The position numbers and the translations under genes were made by a program. 64,000 nucleotides of DNA, taken from Vicinamibacterales bacterium (GTDB lineage: Bacteria; Acidobacteriota; Vicinamibacteria; Vicinamibacterales; UBA2999). Within the stretch, counting starts at the first letter, position 1; every line of letters begins with the position of its first letter. This document shows positions 34,452-43,586 of the stretch, piece by piece. Location: NCBI GenBank assembly GCA_035293405.1, contig DATDOE010000040.1, forward strand, positions 95,672-159,671. Reading direction: 5' to 3'. The notes under the pieces were generated by a model. It searched no databases and had not been told where the DNA came from. It saw only the letters and a program-made list of their open reading frames with translations.

Positions 34452-35641
34452 GCCGCCACGAGCTCCGCGCCCGATGCGTCGAGATAGTTGGCAGACACAC
34501 CGAGCTCGCGGCACGCGGCGGCAATCTCGGCCAGATAGTTCGGATTCATGACCACGACAGCCAGCGGCGTCTCGCCGATCTGCCGGAGCGTGTCGGGCGC
34601 CTCGATTTGCCGGCCCGAGATCGGCACGTAGCATCCCTGCTTGTTCGCGTTCACGTCCACGGTGTGGTCGATCAAGGTCGAGTCCGGATCGACCATGAGC
34701 GAGAACATGATGCCCTTGGTCGCCATGCCCCAGAGCGCCACACGGTCGCCTCGCGCTTTCAATTCACGCAGCCGGCCTTGAATCGCGCCGACGCGATCCT
34801 GCTCACCCGCGACGTACTCCCGCAGCCGCCCCTGCAGCACGCTGCCCGCATCCGATGGGCGCCGGCTCGTCGTGTCGTGCGCAGGGACTGCCTCCATCCA
34901 CCGGTACTGGCTGCCGAAGGCCACGCGCGTGGACGTGGGCCTGAACCCGGCGCGCCGGAGCACCTGAGCGAGGCTGGCGTCGGTGAAGTAGTTGCAGTGC
35001 TCGTAACAGAAGTCCCAGAACGCGCGATGCTCGAGGATCCATCCGAGGTCCGGCACCTCGACGAACAGCGGCACATCGAGGTCGTCCATCGCGGTCCGCA
35101 GATCGCGCACGAACGCGACGGGGCTCGGCATGTGCTCGAGCACGTGGCGGCTGAGGAAGAGCGACGGTGGTCGATCGAGAAGATCCTTCGAGAACACGCC
35201 GCTGACGAGCCTGATTCGTCCGTCCGCACGGACCTCGTCACCGGGAAGAGCCGGATCGACGCCGAGCCCATGGCACTCGGGCCAGACGCGGCACAGAACG
35301 TCGAGGAACCGGCCATCGCCGCACCCGACGTCAACGACAAGACCACCGCGTGCCAGCGAGTACGCCCGTCCGAGATACTGGGCAATCTCTTCGTAATAGC
35401 GCGCCATCACCGCCGACGGCACCGCGTTGTCGTAGCCGGCGTCGTATTCGAGCTTCGACGGATCGAAGGTGGCGTTCCAGGAGAATCCGCAAGCCGGACA
35501 CGTCGCCAGGGAGACCTGACCTCGCGTGGCCGCCCGCGCCGCTTCGCGCGTCCGGTGCACGTAGTTCTGCATCGACGGCACGCGGTCTCGGGTCACGGTG
35601 AGTAGCGGATCCTCCGCCGCACAGACGGGGCACACGGTCAC
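34448..35641 (-). CDS. C-methyltransferase-like SAM enzyme (zinc-ribbon + class I MTase + C-terminal Methyltransf_14-like domain)
   Basis: CPVCAA...CPACGF. VVDVGCGDGRFLDVL. C-terminal RVALWGMATKGIMFSLMV. GTG start in a GTGA overlap at 35641; an alternative ATG lies at 35677. Confidence 0.75.
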   Translation of the reverse strand: MTVCPVCAAEDPLLTVTRDRVPSMQNYVHRTREAARAATRGQVSLATCPACGFSWNATFDPSKLEYDAGYDNAVPSAVMARYYEEIAQYLGRAYSLARGGLVVDVGCGDGRFLDVLCRVWPECHGLGVDPALPGDEVRADGRIRLVSGVFSKDLLDRPPSLFLSRHVLEHMPSPVAFVRDLRTAMDDLDVPLFVEVPDLGWILEHRAFWDFCYEHCNYFTDASLAQVLRRAGFRPTSTRVAFGSQYRWMEAVPAHDTTSRRPSDAGSVLQGRLREYVAGEQDRVGAIQGRLRELKARGDRVALWGMATKGIMFSLMVDPDSTLIDHTVDVNANKQGCYVPISGRQIEAPDTLRQIGETPLAVVVMNPNYLAEIAAACRELGVSANYLDASGAELVAA

Positions 35642-36636
35642 GCGCGTTCCCAGTCTCCGAACCAGCGGCGGTACCAATCAAGTGTCTCGCGCAGCCCCTG
35701 GTCCATCGTGTACGCCGGCGTCCACCCGAGGGTCCTGGTCGCCTTGTCGAACGAGAGCCATTGCTCGCGGATCTCGGCTCGGGCGGTGTTCCGGACGTCA
35801 GGGGTCAGATCCATTCGGCCGGTGAGGCGCTGGATGTCCGCGATCACCTCGAGCACGGTGCGGCGCGCGGCGCCACCGATGTTCACCGCCTGGCCGCGAA
35901 GCGTGCCGGTAAACGCCGCCTCCGCCAGACAGAGGTACGCCGACGCCGCGTCCTGGACGTAGAGATAGTCACGGATGAAGGTGCCATCGCTGCGGACGAT
36001 CGGCCGTTCGCCGCGCAGCAGCGAGCGGATCGTGCCCGGGACGAGACGCGTCCAGTTCAAATCGCCGCCACCGTAGATGTTGCCGCACCGCGCGATCAGG
36101 ACCGGGAGCCCGTAGGTGTCGTGGTAGGTCTGCGCCAGCATGTCGGCACAGGCCTTCGACACATCGTACGGGTGTTGCGCGCGTAGCGGCGTCTGCTCCG
36201 TATACGGCAGATCGGGCGACGTGCCATAGGCCTTGTCGCTCGAGGCAACCACGACCGACTTGATCATCTCGGCGTGGACGCGGCAGGCGTCCAGCAGGTG
36301 ATACGTGCCGCGGATGTTCGCCTCGAAGGTCGGGACAGGCGCGCGCGCGGCCACGCCGACCAGCGTTTGCGCGCCGAGGTGCATCACCGTGTCCACTTCC
36401 CACACGCCCACCGCGCGCTCGACCGTGGCGTAGTCCTCGAGCGAGCCGTAGACCTGCTTCACCTTGTGGATGTCCCCGCTCCGTACCAGCTCGCACTGCG
36501 GGTCCAGGTCCACGCACAAGGCAACAACCGTGGCGCCGCGCTCGAGAAGCGCCTTCACCACCCACGAGCCGACAATGCCCGTCGCGCCCGTCACCAGGAC
36601 GCGCCGGCTGCGCCACGAGAAGGTCTCGCTGGTCAT
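35638..36636 (-). CDS. rfbG: CDP-glucose 4,6-dehydratase-like SDR
   Basis: WRSRRVLVTGATGIVGSWVVKALLERGATV...VVASSDKAYG (SxnYxxxK-type context). ATGA overlaps at both ends. The track ORF extends to 37110. Confidence 0.8.
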   Translation of the reverse strand: MTSETFSWRSRRVLVTGATGIVGSWVVKALLERGATVVALCVDLDPQCELVRSGDIHKVKQVYGSLEDYATVERAVGVWEVDTVMHLGAQTLVGVAARAPVPTFEANIRGTYHLLDACRVHAEMIKSVVVASSDKAYGTSPDLPYTEQTPLRAQHPYDVSKACADMLAQTYHDTYGLPVLIARCGNIYGGGDLNWTRLVPGTIRSLLRGERPIVRSDGTFIRDYLYVQDAASAYLCLAEAAFTGTLRGQAVNIGGAARRTVLEVIADIQRLTGRMDLTPDVRNTARAEIREQWLSFDKATRTLGWTPAYTMDQGLRETLDWYRRWFGDWERA

Positions 36637-37400
36637 CGTGTCCGCCTGAGATAGGCCTGCGGCCAGTGCGTGACATTCTGATCGAGATCGCTCTCGTTGA
36701 ACGGCCACGGCGGCTGCTCGAGCGTGAACTCCGGGTGCGTACGGAGGAAGTCGTGGACGGCGGCGATGGGGTTGTCGGCTCGCCACGAAGCCTGGCCGCG
36801 GGGCGTGTCCGCGACTTCCTGCATCACACCGTCGGTAGCCACGATATACGAGCCGACCGAAACGAGCGGCGCATACGCCTCCAGCTCCGCGCGCACGTGG
36901 TCCCGCAGGTGATTCGAGTCGAGCAGGACCAGCACCGTATCGCCGGCGTTGATCTGCTTCCGCACGTGACCGACGATCGCCGCATCGATCGAGCTTCCCT
37001 CGACGAGGGTGATCAGGCCGGTCAGTGGATGGCTCTCGATGGCCGCCCTGTTGTGCGGGCGGATCTCGATGTCGACGCCGATCACGCGGCCACGGTCGAG
37101 CGCCTTGCACAGCGACGCGTAGTAGACGAGCGACCCGCCGTGCGCCACGCCGGTTTCGACGATCACGTCCGGCGCCACGCGGTGAATCACTTCCTGCAGC
37201 CGGATCATGTCATCCGGCAGTTGAATGACCGGCCGCCCGAACCAGCTGAAGGTGTAGGTGTACTTCTGGTTCCACCCGACCTTGAGCCACAAGCGCGACA
37301 GCAGCTCGAAGCCCTCCTTCGAATACAGCGGCACCCGCGACTCGCCGCCCTCCGCGTGCTGAACGATCACGCCGGCGGTGGTGTCGACCGTGAAGGTCAT
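36633..37400 (-). CDS. CmcI (cephalosporin hydroxylase)-family methyltransferase
   Basis: VIQLPDDMIRLQEVIHRVAPDVIVETGVAHGGSLVYYASLCKALDRGRVIGVDIEIRPHN is the typical CmcI / rhamnosyl O-methyltransferase-like core. Confidence 0.8.
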   Translation of the reverse strand: MTFTVDTTAGVIVQHAEGGESRVPLYSKEGFELLSRLWLKVGWNQKYTYTFSWFGRPVIQLPDDMIRLQEVIHRVAPDVIVETGVAHGGSLVYYASLCKALDRGRVIGVDIEIRPHNRAAIESHPLTGLITLVEGSSIDAAIVGHVRKQINAGDTVLVLLDSNHLRDHVRAELEAYAPLVSVGSYIVATDGVMQEVADTPRGQASWRADNPIAAVHDFLRTHPEFTLEQPPWPFNESDLDQNVTHWPQAYLRRTR

Positions 37401-38314
37401 GCCTGCACCATCTTGTCGTGGGCCTTCCACCAGGCAACCGTCTGCCGAATCCCGTCCTCGAGTCGATACCGCACGGTCCACGCGACGTCGCTTTGCAGCC
37501 GCGTCACATCGGCCACGACGATCGGCGATGGGTCGGCCACGCTCTCCTCCGAACGTTCGAGCCTGAGGCCGTTGCCGACCGCGTCGCCTACCAGCTGTCC
37601 CAACCGTCCGAGCTCAACACCTTCGCCCGAAGCAATGTTCACGGCACCCTGTGCGTCCGAGGCCAGCAGCGCGGCAAATGCGGACCCGGCGTCGGATACA
37701 TGCATGTAGTCCCGAACCTGCTTCGGATGCCGAAGCGTCATCGGCGTCCGGGCGTCCGAGGCCCGGATCATCGACGGCACCAGCCGTTCTGGCGCCTCAC
37801 CCGGACCATACACCCAGAAGAGCCGGCCGGCCGCAAAGCCAAACCCCGCCTGCGCGGACCAGCGTTCCACCACCTCGAACACGGCATGCTTGCACGCGGC
37901 ATAGAGTGTCGCCGGTCGGCACGGCGTCGTGCGCTCCGAGCACGTTCCCTCGCTCCAGTCGTACTCCGCGGCACTCCCCGCCAGGACGATGCGCTGACCA
38001 CCGTTGGCAAGGAACGCCTCGACGAGCTGCAGCGAGGACTGCACCCACCTCGGGTTCTCGAGCGACGTCAGGTACACACCGGGCGTCGCAATCCAGGCGA
38101 AGTGGAGCAAGTGCGTCGGTCGTACTTGCCGCATCAACGCGTCCACAGCGCCGCGGTCGTGCAGATCGACTTGGTGCACCTCGTGTTCGTAGTGTCCGGC
38201 TTCAGCCGGACCCGTCACCGCATGCACTTCCGCGCCCCGCTCGCGCAGCGGCTCGATCGACCATCGCCCCACGAAGCCGCTCGCCCCGGTCACGAGCACA
38301 CGCGTCATCGTCAT
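37397..38314 (-). CDS. NAD-dependent epimerase/dehydratase-family SDR (probable 4-ketoreductase or epimerase)
   Basis: MTMTRVLVTGASGFVGRW...YAACKHA (YxxxK). ATGA overlaps at both ends. Confidence 0.8.
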   Translation of the reverse strand: MTMTRVLVTGASGFVGRWSIEPLRERGAEVHAVTGPAEAGHYEHEVHQVDLHDRGAVDALMRQVRPTHLLHFAWIATPGVYLTSLENPRWVQSSLQLVEAFLANGGQRIVLAGSAAEYDWSEGTCSERTTPCRPATLYAACKHAVFEVVERWSAQAGFGFAAGRLFWVYGPGEAPERLVPSMIRASDARTPMTLRHPKQVRDYMHVSDAGSAFAALLASDAQGAVNIASGEGVELGRLGQLVGDAVGNGLRLERSEESVADPSPIVVADVTRLQSDVAWTVRYRLEDGIRQTVAWWKAHDKMVQA

Positions 38315-38841
38315 CGGCTGAGCAATCCCCAGCGGCGATCCTGATCCGAGACGACCGTCGGCGGAATCGGCCACTGGATCGCGAGCGTCGGATCGTCCCA
38401 GCGCACGCCGTCGCCGAGCTGCGGCGCGTAGTAGTCGCTCAGGTGATAGTGCACGGTGGTGTCATCGGCCAGCGTCTGGAATCCGTGCGCGACGCCCTCG
38501 GGGAGGAACACCGCACGGCGATTCTCTGGCGTCAGCTCGAACCCCTCCCACTGGCCGAACGTCGGGGACCCGGGCCGCACATCGGCCACCACATCGTACA
38601 GGGAACCACTGACGCAGATGACCAGCTTCGCCTCCGGATGCGGCGAACGCTGAAAGTGCAGACCACGCATCGTGCCCCGGTGATGATTCTGGGACAGCGC
38701 GCTTCGCACGAACGAGCCATGCCACCCGTGCTCGGCCAGGAGACGCAGTTGATACACCTCCGTGAATGAGCCCCGGTCGTCCACCGCGCTTGTCTGCTCG
38801 ATCAGGAACACACCGTCGATACGGGTTGGTTGGATTTTCAC
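38311..38841 (-). CDS. RmlC-like NDP-4-keto-6-deoxyhexose 3,5-epimerase (cupin)
   Basis: IDGVFLIEQTSAVDDRGSFTEVY...MRGLHFQ...KLVICVSGSLYDVVADVRPGSPTFGQW...FLPEGVAHGFQTL. GTG start in a GTGA overlap. Confidence 0.85.
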   Translation of the reverse strand: MKIQPTRIDGVFLIEQTSAVDDRGSFTEVYQLRLLAEHGWHGSFVRSALSQNHHRGTMRGLHFQRSPHPEAKLVICVSGSLYDVVADVRPGSPTFGQWEGFELTPENRRAVFLPEGVAHGFQTLADDTTVHYHLSDYYAPQLGDGVRWDDPTLAIQWPIPPTVVSDQDRRWGLLSR

Positions 38842-40076
38842 TGCAGCTCGATCCGAGGCACGGCGAGGATGAAGCGGCCGCCTCTTTGACGATAGGCATC
38901 CTCCTGGCGCACCACTTCGTCCTTCAGGTTCCAGATGAGGATGAGAAGGTAGTCCGGCTGTCGCTCGGTGATGACGTCCGGACCGACGACCGGGATGCCG
39001 CAGCCGGGCATGCGGCGGCCCTGTTTGTACGGGCTGCGATCGGCGACGAAGGCCACCGTGCTCGGCGTAATCCCGCAGTAGTTAAGGAGGATCGTTCCCT
39101 TCGCCGCGGCGCCGTAGGCGCCGATGGTGGCGCCCGACGCGCGAAGACGCCCGAGCGTCTGGTTGAGGTCGTCGCGCACCCGCTCAACCGCCATCCGGAA
39201 GTCGCGGTAGTAATCCTCGCGCGTCAGCCCGAGTGCCTCTTCCTCCTGGAGCAGTCTCTCCGTCGTTTCGCCATGCGCGGTTCCTGGCGAGATGAAGAAC
39301 CGGAGAGAGCCGCCGTGGATCGGGACACGCTCGACGCGCTCCAGGACGAGGCCATGGCGGCGCACGAGCGCAGCGACGGCGTGCACCGAAAAGTAGCAGA
39401 GGTGCTCGTGATAGATCGTGTCGAACTCGGTGCGCTCGACCATGTCACGGACGTAGGGGGCTTCGATCACCGCGATGCCGCCCGGCGCCAGCATCGTCGC
39501 GATGCCGCTCATGAAGCCGTTCAGGTCCGGCACGTGCGCCATCACGTTCAGGCCGAGGAGCACGTCGGCGCGCTTCCCTTCGCCGCGCAGGCGTGTCGCC
39601 AGCTCATGACCGAAGAACTCGGTGATCGTCGGGATGTGCCGATCGCGCTCGGCGACAGCGGCGATATTGGCCGCCGGCTCGATTCCGAGGACCTGCACAC
39701 CGGCCTTCTGAAAGTACTGAAGCAGGTAGCCGTCGTTGCTGGCGACCTCGACGACCAGGCGCTCGGGTCCGAGACGGCGCTCGGCGACGAGCGTGGCCGC
39801 GAGCGCCTCGGCGTGCTGCAGCATCGACGTGGAATACGACGAGAAATACAGGTACTCGGAGAACAGGTGCTCGGGGGCCACGATGTGTCGCAGCTGCACG
39901 AGCGAACAGCCCGGACAGAACGCCACGTCGAGCGGGAAGCGCGGCTCGTCGGCTGGGGCGCCAGCGGCAGGATAGGCGTTCGGCAGCGGCAGCGAACCGA
40001 GCGAGAGAATCTCGCGCAGTCCGTCGGCGTCACACGACAGGCACCGCGTGCGCGGGGCGGGAACCGCTATGCCCAT
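38838..40076 (-). CDS. NDP-hexose C-methyltransferase, TylCIII-like (Methyltransf_13 zinc-binding + class I MTase + Methyltransf_14)
   Basis: CLSCDADGLREILSLGSLPLPNAY...VAFCPGCSLVQL...VVEVASNDGYLLQYF...GATIGAYGAAAKGTILLNYCG. Confidence 0.8.
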   Translation of the reverse strand: MGIAVPAPRTRCLSCDADGLREILSLGSLPLPNAYPAAGAPADEPRFPLDVAFCPGCSLVQLRHIVAPEHLFSEYLYFSSYSTSMLQHAEALAATLVAERRLGPERLVVEVASNDGYLLQYFQKAGVQVLGIEPAANIAAVAERDRHIPTITEFFGHELATRLRGEGKRADVLLGLNVMAHVPDLNGFMSGIATMLAPGGIAVIEAPYVRDMVERTEFDTIYHEHLCYFSVHAVAALVRRHGLVLERVERVPIHGGSLRFFISPGTAHGETTERLLQEEEALGLTREDYYRDFRMAVERVRDDLNQTLGRLRASGATIGAYGAAAKGTILLNYCGITPSTVAFVADRSPYKQGRRMPGCGIPVVGPDVITERQPDYLLILIWNLKDEVVRQEDAYRQRGGRFILAVPRIELQ

Positions 40077-40840
40077 CGCTTCCACGGCGCCTGGCCACGC
40101 TCCCAGAGGTCTTCGAGCAGGTAGCGATCGCGCAGCGTGTCCATGCACTGCCAGAAGCCGTCATGCGTGTGCACCGCGAGCTGGCGGTCCACCGCCAGCT
40201 GTTCGAGCACTTCCTTCTCGAGGCTGTCGGTCCCCTCGTTCATGTATTTGAAGACGCCAGGCTCGAAGATCATGAAGCCGCCATTGATCCAGCCTTCGCC
40301 GATCTGCGGCTTCTCCTGGAAGTCGGTGACGATGCCGCTCTCGAAGGTGAGGCCGCCAAAGCGTGACGGGGGCCGGACGGCGGTCACCGTGGCGAGCTTG
40401 CCCGAGCGCCGATGTGTCGCCATCAGCGCGGAGAGATCGACGTCGCACACGCCATCACCGTAGGTCAGCAGGAAGGCCTCGTCGCGCAGCCACTGCCGAA
40501 GCCTGTGCAAGCGTCCCCCAGTCCCCGTCGTCAGCCCCGTTTCCACGAGATGGATCGTCCAGTCATCGTTTGAACCGCTGTCGTGGAGCTGGCTAGTACC
40601 TGACGCGAGATCGACGGTGATCGTGGCGCTCAGCAGCCGGTAGTTGAGGAAGAACTCCTTGATGACATCTCCCTTGTAGCCGAGCGCGAGCACGAACTCC
40701 TTGTGATCGAAGGTCGAGAAATGCTTCATGATGTGCCACAGGATCGGACGGTCGCCGATGTGCACCATGGGCTTCGGCACGACCTCCGTGAGCTCGGCCA
40801 GGCGGCTGCCACGGCCGCCGGCCAGAATCACGACTCTCAT
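40067..40840 (-). CDS. rfbF: glucose-1-phosphate cytidylyltransferase
   Basis: MRVVILAGGRGSRLAELTEVVPKPMVHIGDRPILWHIMKHFSTFDHKEFVLALGYKGDVIKEFFLNY is near-canonical RfbF. Confidence 0.9.
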   Translation of the reverse strand: MRVVILAGGRGSRLAELTEVVPKPMVHIGDRPILWHIMKHFSTFDHKEFVLALGYKGDVIKEFFLNYRLLSATITVDLASGTSQLHDSGSNDDWTIHLVETGLTTGTGGRLHRLRQWLRDEAFLLTYGDGVCDVDLSALMATHRRSGKLATVTAVRPPSRFGGLTFESGIVTDFQEKPQIGEGWINGGFMIFEPGVFKYMNEGTDSLEKEVLEQLAVDRQLAVHTHDGFWQCMDTLRDRYLLEDLWERGQAPWKRWA

Positions 40841-42090
40841 GCGGCTCCGGCGCTGGCGTCGCGGTGCCGCCAGGCATAGAAGGGACTCAGGGTCTCGAGA
40901 CTTGGCATCGTGAGAAGGACGTTCGGGCCAACGGGACGGGGCGTCCTCTCCCCCCACTCGAGCGCGTCGAAGACGGTCGGGAAGCGCGGCAAGTCATCGT
41001 CGGGGGTATCGGCCTGCGGGTCCGGCTCCCCATCGCGCGCCTGCCGCTCCGGAGGCAACACCGACAATGCCTCGAGGTAGACCTGGCGTGATCGCACCCA
41101 TCGCTGCACATCGTCGGACTCCCTGTTCAGGCCGTCGATGAGCGAGTCGTAATCCTCGGCGAGATCCACTCCGGCCCGCGACGAGCGGAAGTAGTCGAGC
41201 AGGCACCCCGCAAAGTAGCGAGGTCGATCGAGATCACATGAGGCAAACGCCTCGGGCAGCGTTTCCCTGAGGCGCATGAGATCGTTCAGCACGACCGCAT
41301 GCGTGAAGCACGCATCAGTCGGCATGCGATCGACGAGATCGTTCCATGACATGCCGAGGTCGCGCCGAAAACGGTCGGCCAGTGGGCCCCGTCGCCTGAA
41401 CGCGGACCCGTTCCCGAGACCGCAGCTCACATAGAGCGAGTCGTCCAAGAGCACGATCCGATCGGTGTGCGCCACCATGAGATATCCCGACGTGTAGTCA
41501 GGACAGACCGGCGGGCACATGCGGCCAAGAGGCGAGCGCCGAACGCGCTCGATCACCGCAAGCTGACAGAAGGCGCCCATGAGCTTTGGCAGGAGCTTGG
41601 GACCGAAGTTGGGATGGCCATGCGCGAAATACCGCAGCAGCTCGGCGCTGTCGAACTCGCGTCGTTCGCCCGAGCAGACCCGCCGCTTGAACTTCGTCCC
41701 GGCCGGATCGCGGCCATACGAATCCGGAAACCAGCCGACGACTGGTGTTCCACTGCGGTCGATCTCGGCATGAATCAGGCTGAGGGCGTCGCGCCGATAG
41801 ACGGACCGGTCGGTGAGAATGGTGACGTACTCGCCTCGGGCGTCGGCAATCGAGCGCTCCCAGTTGTCGGGCATCGACAGCGTGCCGCTGGTCCGCACGT
41901 ACCTGACACGAGGATCCTCTGTCTCAACCGCGATCGCCGCCGTTGCCGGCGAGATGGCGTCGTCGCTGTTGTCACAGATGATCACCTCGAAGTCGGTAAA
42001 GGTCTGCTCGAGCACGCCGCGCACGGCGTTCCGCAGGCGATCGACACGGTTCTTGGTGGGGATGGCAATCGTGAAGAACGGACGGCTCAT
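40837..42090 (-). CDS. GT2-family glycosyltransferase
   Basis: MSRPFFTIAIPTKNRVDRLRNAVRGVLEQTFTDFEVIICDNSDD. ATGA overlaps at both ends. The upstream part of the track ORF (to 42924) overlaps the neighbouring gene and was rejected. Confidence 0.75.
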   Translation of the reverse strand: MSRPFFTIAIPTKNRVDRLRNAVRGVLEQTFTDFEVIICDNSDDAISPATAAIAVETEDPRVRYVRTSGTLSMPDNWERSIADARGEYVTILTDRSVYRRDALSLIHAEIDRSGTPVVGWFPDSYGRDPAGTKFKRRVCSGERREFDSAELLRYFAHGHPNFGPKLLPKLMGAFCQLAVIERVRRSPLGRMCPPVCPDYTSGYLMVAHTDRIVLLDDSLYVSCGLGNGSAFRRRGPLADRFRRDLGMSWNDLVDRMPTDACFTHAVVLNDLMRLRETLPEAFASCDLDRPRYFAGCLLDYFRSSRAGVDLAEDYDSLIDGLNRESDDVQRWVRSRQVYLEALSVLPPERQARDGEPDPQADTPDDDLPRFPTVFDALEWGERTPRPVGPNVLLTMPSLETLSPFYAWRHRDASAGAA

Positions 42091-43586
42091 CGGCCGATGC
42101 CCTCTGACGCCAGCGTGAGTCCCGGAACCGACCGCCGGCGCGCCCCGTCGGAGATCGGCGCCACGCCCCCCCGCGGCTGCGCTGCGCTCTCGATGACATC
42201 CGCCACAACCTCGCCCGCGGGCGTGTCGAGCCCACAGGGTCGCAGGAACCATCGGGTAAATCCACGGCGGCCTTCGGCTTTCTCGTCGGCGCCCTCCAGG
42301 ATGCGGCGTACGTGTGCCGCGAGATCGTCCATGTCGCTGCACACCTCCAGGAAGTCTCCCTTCAACAGGTGTCGGAAGTGCCCCGTCCGCCCCTGCGCTC
42401 GCCAGTACGCCTCGCTGACGATGGTGAGACATGGCCGATTCGCCATGACCGCTTCGAGAAACGCGGTCGTGTTCAGGCCAAACACGCAGGTCGCGTGGGA
42501 GAGCTGGTCGTAGTATTCCTGCCACGACGCGGACGAGTCCGCCTGGTCTCCGTCCTTCGGGTGCACCACGACGCCGGGATACGAGAACGCCTTGAACACC
42601 CCGGGGTTGGTTGGATGGGGCCGGACGACGAGCGTCGGTGCGTGGCTCGCAGCGGCCCTTTTCGGACCGGCCAGGTACTCGCGAGCCAACGCATCGGCCA
42701 TCGCCTTGACCATGCCGATCTCGTTCTCCCAAATCGTCCGCGAGCTGCAGAGGAACACCATGTAGGGTCCGTCTGGACATCCCATCTGCGCGCACACTTC
42801 CTGCCGGCTCATGCGGGGCCGCAGCAGGAAGAATGCGTCGAGATGAGGAGCGCCCGTAATGCGGATCGTCTCCTTCGGCACATCGTGAATCTCGGCGGCC
42901 TCGATCGCCATCGGCTCGTTCCACACGATGAACAGGTCGGGCACAACGTGAACCGTCCCCTTGCTCGTCAAGTTGTCCCAGCTGTTGATGAACCCGATGG
43001 TCGGAATGCCGAGCGTCCGTGCCGCGTGCAGATAGTCGGCCTCGACCGGGTCTTTGGGCCAGATCGTCGGCGACACGAGCACCACATCCGGATCGATCTC
43101 GCGCAGGAGGCGCAGCAGTGTCTCGCTTGGAGGGCTGGCCGCCTCAATCCATCGCCACACACTCAAGGCGGACCTGGTGCCAAGCGCCATTCGCCAGGCC
43201 GGCGTACGGACCTTTTGTTGAAGTCCTGCCGGCAGGCTTCGCTCGATGCCTTCGACGACGCGGTCGGGAGACGGGTGGCCCTTGCGGAAGTAGATGCCGC
43301 GGTTGATGACCTGGCGGCCCACGCGCAGACGGAGCGGCCACGGTTCATCCGGCTCCGGGCGATATCCGCTCGTGACGCCGGCGATCTCGGATTGCACCGC
43401 CTGGAGACCGCGGCCAAGCAGCCGCTTCTTCGAGGCGTCCTTGGTGATCTTGGCGCGCACGCGCTCGTCGTCCAGACGCGTGCCGTGCAGAAACACCACC
43501 TCGTGCCCACGCCGGCACAGCTCCCGCATGACCGAGTCGAGACTGCGGAAGAAGTTCACGTGCTGGCCGATCATCAGGACTTTCAT
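42087..43586 (-). CDS. GT-B-like paralog-family protein (single domain), first gene of the operon
   Basis: MKVLMIGQHVNFFRSLDSVMRELCRRGHEVVFLHG...LGIPTIGFINSWDNLTSKG...VRPHPTNP...VFGLNTTAFLEAVMANRPCL. Confidence 0.7.
   Translation of the reverse strand: MKVLMIGQHVNFFRSLDSVMRELCRRGHEVVFLHGTRLDDERVRAKITKDASKKRLLGRGLQAVQSEIAGVTSGYRPEPDEPWPLRLRVGRQVINRGIYFRKGHPSPDRVVEGIERSLPAGLQQKVRTPAWRMALGTRSALSVWRWIEAASPPSETLLRLLREIDPDVVLVSPTIWPKDPVEADYLHAARTLGIPTIGFINSWDNLTSKGTVHVVPDLFIVWNEPMAIEAAEIHDVPKETIRITGAPHLDAFFLLRPRMSRQEVCAQMGCPDGPYMVFLCSSRTIWENEIGMVKAMADALAREYLAGPKRAAASHAPTLVVRPHPTNPGVFKAFSYPGVVVHPKDGDQADSSASWQEYYDQLSHATCVFGLNTTAFLEAVMANRPCLTIVSEAYWRAQGRTGHFRHLLKGDFLEVCSDMDDLAAHVRRILEGADEKAEGRRGFTRWFLRPCGLDTPAGEVVADVIESAAQPRGGVAPISDGARRRSVPGLTLASEGIGR

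Noticed and set aside
42091-42924. Upstream 278 codons of track ORF 40837-42924. The same applies to the upstream parts of 35638-37110, 36633-37481, 37397-38374, 40067-40957, 33921-34634, 50421-51509 and 5786-6955.
   Set aside because: The extensions overlap the preceding well-supported genes in another frame. Internal ATG/GTG codons give canonical N-termini and 4-nt stop-start overlaps, so the shorter models were preferred.
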